Shown: in pieces, positions 1-9,117 of the stretch
Layout: each line of letters opens with the position of its first letter
Position numbering within the stretch: the first letter of the stretch is position 1
IMG/VR virus record: IMGVR_UViG_3300044634_002018
DNA: 20,000 nucleotides
DNA from: an uncultured virus (IMG/VR IMGVR_UViG_3300044634_002018)
Lineage: Duplodnaviria; Heunggongvirae; Uroviricota; Caudoviricetes
Reading direction: 5' to 3' (one strand)
Notes under the pieces: model-generated
The model's database searches: none
What the model saw: the letters and a program-made list of their open reading frames with translations, nothing else
Told to the model about the DNA's origin: nothing
Made by a program: the position numbers and the translations under genes

Positions 1-2
1 CT

Positions 3-3000
3 TTACAAGTTTTAGGTGCTGCTTCTCAACCGGGTGTGACTAAATTAGGCCCTACAATTGCCCCTTCTGGTCCTAATGGTGGATTGATTAGTAACGATAC
101 TTTATACTTAGCACCTGCTGATGACATATACAAAGGGGTTATTAGACTTGCTGGTGACTTAGATTTACCAGCAAATGCTCCTGTTGTCACAGGTTTTTAC
201 GGAAGAGATTTAGTAAGTACAGCACCTACTGATGGACAAGTTTACGCTTGGAACAGTACTCTAAGTAGATGGGTTCCAACTACTCCAAGTGCAGGAGGAC
301 TTACTGACCTTTCAATAGCAAACAGAACAGCAAATAACTTAGATGTAGTATCTTCTACGGGAACAGATGCTACTTTGCCATTTGCTACCAATTTACTTGC
401 AGGTTTACTCACTGGAGGAGATAAGGCAAAACTTGATACTCTTAATAATCAGTCAATAAGTGCTGGAACAGGAATTAGTGTGTTAAGGACTGGACAAAAT
501 TACCAAGTAACAAACACAGGAGATCTTTCCAATACTAATGAATTGCAAACAATTTCTTACAGTGCACCTACTATTACTTTAAGTAATGGTGGTGGGTCTT
601 TTAATATTCCTCAAGGCACAGTTACAAATGTTTCTGCAACTCCTTCCAATGGGATAACTACAACAATTAACAATCCGGGGACTACTCCTGAATTAGTCAT
701 AGGCTTAGGGGCTATTACTCCTACTTCTGTAAATGCTTCTGGGACAATAGCAGGTTCTAATTTAAGCGGAACTAACACAGGAGATAATTCTCCCAACTCT
801 TTATACAGTGGTTTAGTGACTAATCAACCTGCCAATCTTAGTGTAACAGGCACTGCTTCTCCACTCACTCTAAATAGTAGTGATGGCACAGATGTGACTA
901 TATCAGGAGGAGCAGGTGTAGGATTGGTTGGGACTAGTTCATCCATTCAAATAGTAAATACTCTTCCAGAAAATACCACTATTTTAGACGGAACTACTAT
1001 TGATCTTACCCAGACAGGAGGACAAATAACAGCCGAGATTAAACAACAGGGAGCCACAAGTGGACAAGTATTAAGTTGGGATGGTTCAAATTGGTCTCCC
1101 AGTACTCCCAGTTCTGGAGTGACTGATTTATCTGTAAGTAACAGGACTACCACTACACTTGATGTACTTTCAAACACTGGTGCTGATGCTACACTTCCTT
1201 TTGCCACTAATTTACTAGCGGGATTGTTGGTAGCAGATGATAAAACTAAACTAGACAATATCACAGTAACAAGCCCAGTTAACTTAAACACGCTGGCTAC
1301 AAATAGTCACGTTCCAGTCACAATCACAGGGGAAACTTACATAACTCTAGCAGGTCAAGTTCTAACTGCTAACCAGATCAACTCAACTAATATAGCAAAC
1401 GGAACTATTCTTTATGCTGATATAAACCAGAACGGAGCAACAAATAATCAATCATTTAGATGGAATGGATCTGCATGGGTTAATTACACCACTGTAACAA
1501 GTTTAACTGCAACCCCAAGTACAGTAAATGTTGGTTTAGATTTTAATGCTGGTGCAGCAAGTGGCCCTGTAATTCTAGCAGCAAATGCAAGCAGAGCAGG
1601 TGTATTAACTGCTGCTTTGTGGAGTAAACTTGACACCCTTAATAATCAAAGAGTACTAGCAGGAACAGGAATTGGAGTGGTTAAAGTAGGACAAGACTAC
1701 ACAGTAACTAATAATGCCCCTGACCAAACTGTGACTATTACAGGTGCAACAGGTACTTATCCTAACTTTACTTTACCAACTGTTGACGGCTCTGAAACGA
1801 AAGTAAATTCTGGAACCAATATCTCAGTAACAGGTGCTGGTACAATAGCAAGTCCTTACGTGGTAAATAACTCTGCACCAGAATCTACTACTGTAACAGA
1901 TGGAACCACCATTAATCTAACGAAGACTGGTAATGATATTACGGCTGAGTTACAACAACAATCAGCAACTACTGGTCAAGTTCTTAAATGGAATGGAACT
2001 GCATGGATTCCTCAAAACGATAATGTAGGTTCTGTTACTACTAATAATTTATTAGGGACAGATCGAATAGATGTAGTAAATGGTACAGGAGCAATTCTAG
2101 GTGCTTCCCCTGTTACTATTGATGTTATAGAATCAGGATTAAATTCTTCAAGTATTCTCATTACAGATACAGGAGGTTATTTTACCATAGATAATATCAA
2201 TGCTGCTCTCCAGCAGTTAGGTGCTAACAACCATGCACCTTTGACTGTCACAGACGGAACTATAATTGATTTTACTCTCACGGGACAAAACTTAACCGCC
2301 ACGATTTTATCAGGTTCTATAACTAACACAGATTTAGCAGCATCAGGAGCCACTACTAATCAGGTTCTGGCTTTTAACGGAACTAACTGGGTTCCAACAA
2401 CACCTAGTTCTGGTATTACTGACCTTTCAGTTGCCAATAGAACTACAACCACTTTAGATGTTTTATCCAACACAGGCACAGACGCTACAATTCCTGCCGC
2501 TACTAATCTCTTAGCAGGTTTGATGATAAGTGCAGATAAAGCAAAATCAGATTTTATTACTGTTACACAAGCAGTAGATTTAGATGCTATTGAATTAAGT
2601 AGTCACTCACCAGTAACAAAAACAGGAGCAAGTTATCTTAGTCTTTCTGGTCAAGCACTTACTGCTAATCTTATTGGTGCTGGTGATCTATCTAGTATGG
2701 GAGCAGCATCAGATCAGGTTATGAAATGGAATGGTGCCACTTGGATTCCAACTTCCTTGCCAACAGATTCTTTATATAAAGTTAGCACTGTTTCAAGTTT
2801 TTCTAATTCAGCAATTTACAGTAAATGGGAAACAGGTCGAGTCGTTTCAACAGACGGATTCTATACTTCTGGAGATAATGGCGGAGCAAATTACATTATA
2901 GAAGCAAGTGGAACAGTTGATAATATCGTTATATTTGCTGTTGGCTCACGGAGGGCAAGGTTGCTACCAAATACCGATGGGGGCGTTAATTTCTTCCAAT

Positions 3001-6000
3001 TGGGTTGCATCAAAAACGACGCAATTGCAGACGACGAAAGATTGCAAAAAGGGATAGATGTGTTTAACAATATATATTGCTTTGACAACACTGCAAAGTT
3101 TATCTTTTCTAAACCGCTTGAATTAAAAAGTAATACAAAAATACAACTAGGTAGATCCACAACAATTGAAAAGAATAACGATTGGGCTGCCTTGATGTTG
3201 TGGAATGACGGAGAGAATAACAGTCGAGCCCCAGACTCAAATATTGTAATATTGGGTGGAATATGGGATAAACAATCACCTCCGGGAGAAACTTACACTT
3301 TTGGTACATTTAATCCATCTTCTTATAGTGGAGCACTTGTCGATTATGGCTTTTGTTTTACAAACTGCAAGAACTTGCGGGTAGAGAACTTGTCTGTTTT
3401 AAATTGTTCAAAATACGCTATGAGTCTCAATGAACAAGTAAAACCGTATATTCATAACATTTACTTGGATAGTTACTCTGACGGTATTGATTTTATCGGC
3501 AAAAGCGAAGACATTGTAATTGATGGAGTTACAGGGAGAACACACGACGATTTTGTTGGGATTTTCGCTACGGCATGGACAACAAATATTATTGGTACGA
3601 TGGGGAATATTAATAATGTTTCCATAAGCAATATTTATCCAGACGATAACACTACTTCAAATACAATTGTAATAGGTGCTGGTAACAACGGGGGAGTGCC
3701 TTATACCATTAGCAATGTCAATATAACGAATGTATCTAGTAGCAGAACTAATAACCCTACAATAAAAGTTGCTCAGTATGGGGTAGTTGGTGACCCTCTT
3801 ACTGAAACATTAACAGGAGGCGTAGTAAATGGGATGAATATATCTAATATTACTGCTGGTGTCGGCGCAGCGGCTATAATCGAAATGGGTATAGACACGA
3901 TAAAGAATGTAAACATTTCTAATGTTTTGTTTAAAAATAGCCGTCCTTCCGCAGGTATAATCATAAATGACGGGTATCTGGATAATATAAACATATCTAA
4001 TTACGTAGCAGAGACAACAACAAACGGTTTGTATATTGCCGATTCCGTAAATATAAAGAACATCTCATTTTCTGATTGTAACATAACAGTTAATGCTACA
4101 AATAAATCAGCATTTACAATAGAGAATGACACCTGTTCTTTCCTTATTGACAATTGCGTTTTTAGGACTAATGGTACTTCCGACAATGCGGCGTTGTTAC
4201 TAAAGGGAAAAGATAATCGTTACGGGATTTCAAATACAAGATTTTTCAACGCTAATCAGGCAATAAATGACTTTGGTGCAAGAGACACTTTTTTAGTATC
4301 AAATGTAGTATTTAACACGCCCATTGGCATCTATTCTGGTAGTGCCAGTTCTTCTACAATAATAAAAGCAAGTACTTATTCGCACAACAGTACAGATGTC
4401 CCTAAAAAAACCTTTTTGCGCGGTAGTGTAAATTTCCCTGTATTGCAAACAGGGAATGACGAAAATTTATTTGAAGTTACAACATCTATTAGCATTTACG
4501 ATATTCCTATTGAAATGCCAATCGGAACGACTTATCGTATTACAAATAGCAACACTGTTCCGATTGTAATAGCACTGAGTGGTTCAGAAGTCTTCGCGTC
4601 AGGATCGAATAATTTTTTTTTGCCTTCAAATGCAACAGTTACGGCAAAAAGGTTTTCTAATACTCTATGGCGAATAGTAGGCTCTGGGACAAGCGAGAAC
4701 TTTTTACCAACTGGGGTCTCAGGCCAAACTCTTAGTTATGATGCAAGTAATCGAATTATTGCTAACAATCAATTGGAAAATACTTCTGGCAGCCTTAAAA
4801 CAAATGTGCGCCTGACCACGCAATCTGGCATTACAGCTAATAATATGGGTGAAAATATTATTATAACCTCAGACGGAACCACTGGGAATAATGGTGTTTT
4901 ATACGGAACCGTTGGCGGTGCTTTCTCTTTATCTAATCAGGCCAAAACGAGAGAGCTTTTAAATACGTCCACAGGTTGGAATTTTATAGGGAATGTAGGT
5001 CATGGTATATTGGCCCCCTTAGCCCCTATTCATATAAAATCTTCATCCAACCCAAATGCTATAATAGAGTTCGATGGTTTTGGTACCATTGCCTCTCCGG
5101 GATTACCCGCTCTTAAATTCAAGGCAGGTACATTCGATGGAGCAAGGATTGAGACAGACTTTAGATTCAATTCTGGAGTCAACTACACCTCTTTGCGGTT
5201 TTGGGTCAACAACTCGTCTGGAACCCTACAAAATAAATTCACGATGAATGGGCAAAATGGATGGTTTGGTATTGGAGTAATTGACCCTACGGCAGCATTA
5301 GATGTCATTGGTGATGTTAAGTCTGATTCATGGGTATCAGCAGGTAACAGGCTTTTATTCGCAAACTCAACGGGTGTTGCAAACGAAACCTCAATAGATC
5401 CAGCCCACGTATTAGTTATTGGCTCTGCTTACGGAGGTGATGTGTTTGGCACTTATGATAATTTGCAATTAGATACTGCTGTTGTTGAAACTATTAATAT
5501 TGCAGATGATGCTATTACACAGGATAAGATAGCAAATGACGCTGTTGGCTCTGCTCAAATTGCTAACTCAGCAGTAGGTAGTTCTGAGATTATAAACGGT
5601 AGTGTTGGAGCATTAGACCTTGCTGCGCAGTCTGCAACAGTTGGACAAGTTTTAACTTATGCAGGAGCAGGTATAGGTTGGACACCAGCAACACCTTCTG
5701 GTGGCGGGGGTGGCGGTTCATTACCAACTGGTACAAGCACTCAGACTTTAAGATATGACGCAACTAATACCATAGTTGCTACAAGTCAAATTCAAGCAGA
5801 TACTACTGTTGGTATAGGTGGAGCAGCAGCATCTGATGAACTTACGATTTACGGAACAACTAAATCAATAGGATCGCTCAAAATAGAAGGCACTGGATTA
5901 AACTCTGGAGTTTGGGTTACTAATACTACTCCAATCACGGGAATCACTTGGTATATGTTACAAGATAATAGTGGATTTTTATACTTTCAAGAATCAGCGG

Positions 6001-6401
6001 GGAATACTGTACCATTGATTTTAAGAGGTAATCTAGTTGAAACTACAAACACTTTGGTAAAAGACGCTATCTATAAAGACATAACAACCGTAACGGGCAT
6101 TACAACATATCAAGTTACTGGATTAGAAAGTTTAATTAAACTTACAACAGGTATAGACCTTACAACAATAAATCTCCCAGAGATTGTTGCAAGTGCGCCG
6201 AGTTTTAATCAAGTTACACCGGGTTTTATACTTACTTTAGTAGTCAAGTCTCCAAATGCTGTAATAATTAACAGAGCAGGTGCCGATACTTTTATTCAGC
6301 ATGCTGCTACTGGATCATACACTTCATTTCCAATCTCTGCCAATACTGTTGCAATTTTAGAGTTAATTGCTTTAGAAGATAACCTTTGGTCAATAAAATA
6401 A
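3..6401 (+). CDS. Large phage tail fibre/tailspike protein (5'-truncated) with repetitive shaft, central beta-helix depolymerase-like domain and C-terminal fibre repeats
   Basis: Frame is open back to the window edge (LQVLGAASQPGVTKLG...), so GTG at 36 is probably internal. T/S/G/N-rich, with repeated GQVLxWNGxxWxP motifs, a tailspike-type TDGFYTSGDNGGA motif, N/I-rich beta-helix rungs containing SDGIDF...HDD, GxVGIG-type fibre motifs and IADDAITQDKIANDAVGSAQI repeats. Lies upstream of the lysis genes. Confidence 0.85.
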   Translation, partial: LQVLGAASQPGVTKLGPTIAPSGPNGGLISNDTLYLAPADDIYKGVIRLAGDLDLPANAPVVTGFYGRDLVSTAPTDGQVYAWNSTLSRWVPTTPSAGGLTDLSIANRTANNLDVVSSTGTDATLPFATNLLAGLLTGGDKAKLDTLNNQSISAGTGISVLRTGQNYQVTNTGDLSNTNELQTISYSAPTITLSNGGGSFNIPQGTVTNVSATPSNGITTTINNPGTTPELVIGLGAITPTSVNASGTIAGSNLSGTNTGDNSPNSLYSGLVTNQPANLSVTGTASPLTLNSSDGTDVTISGGAGVGLVGTSSSIQIVNTLPENTTILDGTTIDLTQTGGQITAEIKQQGATSGQVLSWDGSNWSPSTPSSGVTDLSVSNRTTTTLDVLSNTGADATLPFATNLLAGLLVADDKTKLDNITVTSPVNLNTLATNSHVPVTITGETYITLAGQVLTANQINSTNIANGTILYADINQNGATNNQSFRWNGSAWVNYTTVTSLTATPSTVNVGLDFNAGAASGPVILAANASRAGVLTAALWSKLDTLNNQRVLAGTGIGVVKVGQDYTVTNNAPDQTVTITGATGTYPNFTLPTVDGSETKVNSGTNISVTGAGTIASPYVVNNSAPESTTVTDGTTINLTKTGNDITAELQQQSATTGQVLKWNGTAWIPQNDNVGSVTTNNLLGTDRIDVVNGTGAILGASPVTIDVIESGLNSSSILITDTGGYFTIDNINAALQQLGANNHAPLTVTDGTIIDFTLTGQNLTATILSGSITNTDLAASGATTNQVLAFNGTNWVPTTPSSGITDLSVANRTTTTLDVLSNTGTDATIPAATNLLAGLMISADKAKSDFITVTQAVDLDAIELSSHSPVTKTGASYLSLSGQALTANLIGAGDLSSMGAASDQVMKWNGATWIPTSLPTDSLYKVSTVSSFSNSAIYSKWETGRVVSTDGFYTSGDNGGANYIIEASGTVDNIVIFAVGSRRARLLPNTDGGVNFFQLGCIKNDAIADDERLQKGIDVFNNIYCFDNTAKFIFSKPLELKSNTKIQLGRSTTIEKNNDWAALMLWNDGENNSRAPDSNIVILGGIWDKQSPPGETYTFGTFNPSSYSGALVDYGFCFTNCKNLRVENLSVLNCSKYAMSLNEQVKPYIHNIYLDSYSDGIDFIGKSEDIVIDGVTGRTHDDFVGIFATAWTTNIIGTMGNINNVSISNIYPDDNTTSNTIVIGAGNNGGVPYTISNVNITNVSSSRTNNPTIKVAQYGVVGDPLTETLTGGVVNGMNISNITAGVGAAAIIEMGIDTIKNVNISNVLFKNSRPSAGIIINDGYLDNINISNYVAETTTNGLYIADSVNIKNISFSDCNITVNATNKSAFTIENDTCSFLIDNCVFRTNGTSDNAALLLKGKDNRYGISNTRFFNANQAINDFGARDTFLVSNVVFNTPIGIYSGSASSSTIIKASTYSHNSTDVPKKTFLRGSVNFPVLQTGNDENLFEVTTSISIYDIPIEMPIGTTYRITNSNTVPIVIALSGSEVFASGSNNFFLPSNATVTAKRFSNTLWRIVGSGTSENFLPTGVSGQTLSYDASNRIIANNQLENTSGSLKTNVRLTTQSGITANNMGENIIITSDGTTGNNGVLYGTVGGAFSLSNQAKTRELLNTSTGWNFIGNVGHGILAPLAPIHIKSSSNPNAIIEFDGFGTIASPGLPALKFKAGTFDGARIETDFRFNSGVNYTSLRFWVNNSSGTLQNKFTMNGQNGWFGIGVIDPTAALDVIGDVKSDSWVSAGNRLLFANSTGVANETSIDPAHVLVIGSAYGGDVFGTYDNLQLDTAVVETINIADDAITQDKIANDAVGSAQIANSAVGSSEIINGSVGALDLAAQSATVGQVLTYAGAGIGWTPATPSGGGGGGSLPTGTSTQTLRYDATNTIVATSQIQADTTVGIGGAAASDELTIYGTTKSIGSLKIEGTGLNSGVWVTNTTPITGITWYMLQDNSGFLYFQESAGNTVPLILRGNLVETTNTLVKDAIYKDITTVTGITTYQVTGLESLIKLTTGIDLTTINLPEIVASAPSFNQVTPGFILTLVVKSPNAVIINRAGADTFIQHAATGSYTSFPISANTVAILELIALEDNLWSIK
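297..2552 (+). repeat. Three dispersed 141-bp (47-aa) repeats in the fibre shaft at 297-437, 1116-1256 and 2412-2552
   Basis: GLTDLSIANRTANNLDVVSSTGTDATLPFATNLLAGLLTGGDKAKLD / GVTDLSVSNRTTTTLDVLSNTGADATLPFATNLLAGLLVADDKTKLD / GITDLSVANRTTTTLDVLSNTGTDATIPAATNLLAGLMISADKAKSD, each preceded by a WxPxTPS linker. Confidence 0.95.
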
Positions 6402-6407
6402 CATAAT

Positions 6408-7331
6408 ATGAAATACTTAATTTTAATACTTAGTTTAATAACTACAAATTTATTAGGGCAATCAGTTGCTCCGGGAGTACCTGAGACAACTTATGAAGAA
6501 CAACAATTTACTTCTCCTGTTGCTAATTTTTCAGTAACAGTCCCTTCTTGGGCAAAAGAAGTCACTATTTATGTAGTAGGTGCAGGAGGAGGTGGAGGTT
6601 CTGGAAGACAAGGTTTAACTTCTACTGTTCGTTGTGGCGGTGGAGGTGGTGCAGGTGGAAACCTTTCTACTGGAACATTCACCCTTTCTAATTTAGGAAA
6701 CCCCGGGTTCTTATACGTTAATGTTGGAACAGGTGGTACTGGTGGAGCAGCGCAAGCAACACCTTCTACAAATGGTACTGCTGGCGGAAATGGTGGTGCT
6801 TCATCAGTTGGAACAACACCAAATTCTTTAAACTTATTTATAAATGCAAATGGTGGGTTTGGAGGTAATGGTGGAACTGCTACAAATGGAACTGCTGGAA
6901 CTGCTAGTCCTTTGGGTCAGTTTATAGGGTCTGCTGGTGGAGCAGCAAGCACAACAGGTGCAATTGGTTCTTCTGGTGCAACTGCTGGAACTGGTGCTGG
7001 CGGTGGAGGTGGTGCAGGGAGTGGTATCACATCCACAAATGCTTTTAGTGCATCAGGAGCAGGTGGGTCTGCTAATGCAGGTCAGCAAGCAGGTGGGGCT
7101 AGTGCAACAGCAGGAGCAGGTGCAGATGGTGGAGTTTCTCCAAGCACAGGTGCTTACTACGCTGGTGCTGGTGCTGGTGGTGGAAGTTCTTCTGCCACAA
7201 CTGCTGGCAGAGGTGGTGATGCTCTTAGAGGTGGAGGTGGCGGAGGTGGTGCTGCTTCTTTGAATGGATTTAATTCTGGTAGAGGAGGTAATGGAGGAAA
7301 TGGATATGTATTAATAATTTTTAGAAAATAA
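6408..7331 (+). CDS. Glycine-rich tail-associated protein with an N-terminal signal-peptide-like segment
   Basis: VTIYVVGAGGGGGSG...GGGGGAGG...VNVGTGGTGG...GGNGGNGYVLI is typical of phage Gly-rich (polyglycine) domains. N-terminus is MKYLILILSLITTNLLG-Q. Confidence 0.8.
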   Translation: MKYLILILSLITTNLLGQSVAPGVPETTYEEQQFTSPVANFSVTVPSWAKEVTIYVVGAGGGGGSGRQGLTSTVRCGGGGGAGGNLSTGTFTLSNLGNPGFLYVNVGTGGTGGAAQATPSTNGTAGGNGGASSVGTTPNSLNLFINANGGFGGNGGTATNGTAGTASPLGQFIGSAGGAASTTGAIGSSGATAGTGAGGGGGAGSGITSTNAFSASGAGGSANAGQQAGGASATAGAGADGGVSPSTGAYYAGAGAGGGSSSATTAGRGGDALRGGGGGGGAASLNGFNSGRGGNGGNGYVLIIFRK

Positions 7332-7332
7332 T

Positions 7333-7827
7333 ATGAGAACTATAATTCATAAAAAGGGAAATCATGCCTGTAATCTTTATTTACCTAAGGTTTGGTTTAG
7401 AAAACCAGAAATAGTAATAAACTTTGAGTTTGATTCAAGTGCGGAATATTATCACAAAAATGGTTATGCAGGTATTAATAAACTAGGTGGGGTAGATTTT
7501 TCACCCGGTACTCCTGCAAACAAAGGCTGGTCTTACATGATAGGTTGGTCTTGGGACACAGATAAAATAGGAATCTACTGGTATGTAAACAACCCAAAAG
7601 GAGATCATTTATCTGGGTTGCTCCAATCTTTGCCTTTAATTAAAGAAAATAATAAATTAATGTGTCGGGGACAAGCAAAAATTAACTTTGAAGGAAATAA
7701 GGCTTTATTTAGTAGTAAAAATAATTATACCTTTGCAGATGGTAAAACAACCAATTTTTGCAGAGAAATAAGACCTTGGTTTGGAGGTATTTATCCTGCT
7801 CCACACGACATAAAAATAATTATATGA
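7333..7827 (+). CDS. Hypothetical aromatic-rich beta protein, possibly a minimal lectin/PL14-like jelly-roll
   Basis: 164-aa ORF starting 1 nt after the previous stop. Motifs NKLGG, SYMIGWSW, IYWYV and PWFGG...PHD. Confidence 0.7.
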   Translation: MRTIIHKKGNHACNLYLPKVWFRKPEIVINFEFDSSAEYYHKNGYAGINKLGGVDFSPGTPANKGWSYMIGWSWDTDKIGIYWYVNNPKGDHLSGLLQSLPLIKENNKLMCRGQAKINFEGNKALFSSKNNYTFADGKTTNFCREIRPWFGGIYPAPHDIKIII

Positions 7828-8180
7828 CTAGAATCGTTGAATTTATAGACAGCATCCTGTCTTTCCTTGTCCCTTATAAAGATGCTATAATGGGAGGTGC
7901 AGTATATTTTATATACTCGCATGTGTATTTAAAAAGAGAAACTGTGTCCAATTTCTTAGAATTTTTAATGGGGGTGATATTCTCGGTGTATGCAAGCCCT
8001 GAAATTGTAGAGCATTTTTCTTTTCTTAACATTTCCTTTGTTTCATTTATATGCGGTTTAATGGGAATGACTATAATGAGGCTTGCTTTAGAGTTTCCTT
8101 GGAAAGAAACACTTAACAAGATTGTTTCTGAGATTTTAGATACCTTTGCAAAAAGTAACAACAACAATAAAGAAAAATAA
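7824..8180 (+). CDS. Putative holin (about 3 hydrophobic segments, charged C-terminus)
   Basis: ATG at 7824 forms an ATGA overlap with the upstream stop and is preferred over the track start at 7758. Hydrophobic stretches AIMGGAVYFIYSHVYL, FLEFLMGVIFSVYA and FSFLNISFVSFICGLMGMTIM. Located upstream of the amidase. Confidence 0.65.
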   Translation: MTRIVEFIDSILSFLVPYKDAIMGGAVYFIYSHVYLKRETVSNFLEFLMGVIFSVYASPEIVEHFSFLNISFVSFICGLMGMTIMRLALEFPWKETLNKIVSEILDTFAKSNNNNKEK

Positions 8181-8182
8181 TT

Positions 8183-8437
8183 ATGGAAAATGTGCAAATA
8201 TTTCTTGCTTTTTATCTTGACAAACTCAAGATAAGCAACCCTATTACTTATGTGGTAGTTCAAACATTAATTTGTGGGACTTTACTTTTGTTTAGCACTG
8301 ACGTAATTAACATCAATCAAAGTGTGGACAACACTATTATTATTATCTTAGGAAGTATAGTGGCAGGGATTTCACCAAGGACTTCTCAAAAAGCAGCCGA
8401 GTACCAGTTTCCTGAAATAGATCAATCTAACAAATGA
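8183..8437 (+). CDS. Putative holin/antiholin (2 TM)
   Basis: 84 aa with ITYVVVQTLICGTLLLF and TIIIILGSIVAGI segments. ATGA overlap with the endolysin. Confidence 0.6.
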   Translation: MENVQIFLAFYLDKLKISNPITYVVVQTLICGTLLLFSTDVININQSVDNTIIIILGSIVAGISPRTSQKAAEYQFPEIDQSNK

Positions 8438-9102
8438 AAAGTGAAGAAGTAATCCTCGCAAATTACGGGTTTGCACTCACTAATTACAATGGAATAGAAG
8501 TTTATTCAAACAATAAACTCACTAAGCACTTCTTTAATGAGGCGGGTAGAAAATCCAAAATAGTAATTCATCACACTGCTGGCGGGTTTGAAGGGGATCT
8601 TATTACTCTTTTATCTAGCACAGTAAGTGTTGCTTTTCTTATTTCTCCTCAAGGAAAAATAGTCATGCTGCACCATCCTAGATTTTGGGCGTGGCATCTG
8701 GGTAAAGGTGCTTTAGGAGGTAATGAGGCTCAATCTCGTATAAGTATAGGAATAGAACTGAGCAATTGGGGATTTCTAGTACGTAAAGGAGATATTCTTT
8801 TCAATTACTTAGGAAGACCACATTGTAAAATGACTGACACACATTTATACGAGGAAAGCAAACCTTGGAAAAGATTTGGCAATGTAAATGTTAGATACTT
8901 CTCAAAGTACACTGAGGCTCAATATGTAAGCCTTAAATTGATTAAGAACAAACTTTGTGCCCTTTACGCAATCCCTAATGTAAGATACACTAAAGGATAT
9001 TCTAATGAAGTCATTAATTTCAAAGGCATCACAACTCATACAGATTTTAGGCTGAACAAGTTTGACTTGTCTCCTATTTTTGATTGGGACAAAATTATGT
9101 AA
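8434..9102 (+). CDS. Endolysin, N-acetylmuramoyl-L-alanine amidase (Amidase_2 family)
   Basis: KIVIHHTAG, FLISPQGKI, AWHLG, SIGIEL, YTEAQY, ITTHTD and KFD follow the Zn-amidase motif order. Confidence 0.9.
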   Translation: MKSEEVILANYGFALTNYNGIEVYSNNKLTKHFFNEAGRKSKIVIHHTAGGFEGDLITLLSSTVSVAFLISPQGKIVMLHHPRFWAWHLGKGALGGNEAQSRISIGIELSNWGFLVRKGDILFNYLGRPHCKMTDTHLYEESKPWKRFGNVNVRYFSKYTEAQYVSLKLIKNKLCALYAIPNVRYTKGYSNEVINFKGITTHTDFRLNKFDLSPIFDWDKIM

Positions 9103-9117
9103 ACCAACAGGTATAAT

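Noticed and set aside
611..4186. Short - strand ORFs inside the tail fibre gene
   Set aside because: Antisense shadows of a long, strongly coding ORF.
6937..7263. Gln/Val/Leu-rich 108-aa alternative-frame ORF
   Set aside because: Frame-shift shadow of GGT/GGA/GCA codons in the Gly/Ala-rich gene, with no independent evidence of expression.
3..7331. Diversity-generating retroelement or invertible tail-fibre cassette
   Set aside because: No reverse transcriptase or invertase, and no near-identical TR/VR pair differing at adenines was seen. The repeats are diverged protein-level duplications.
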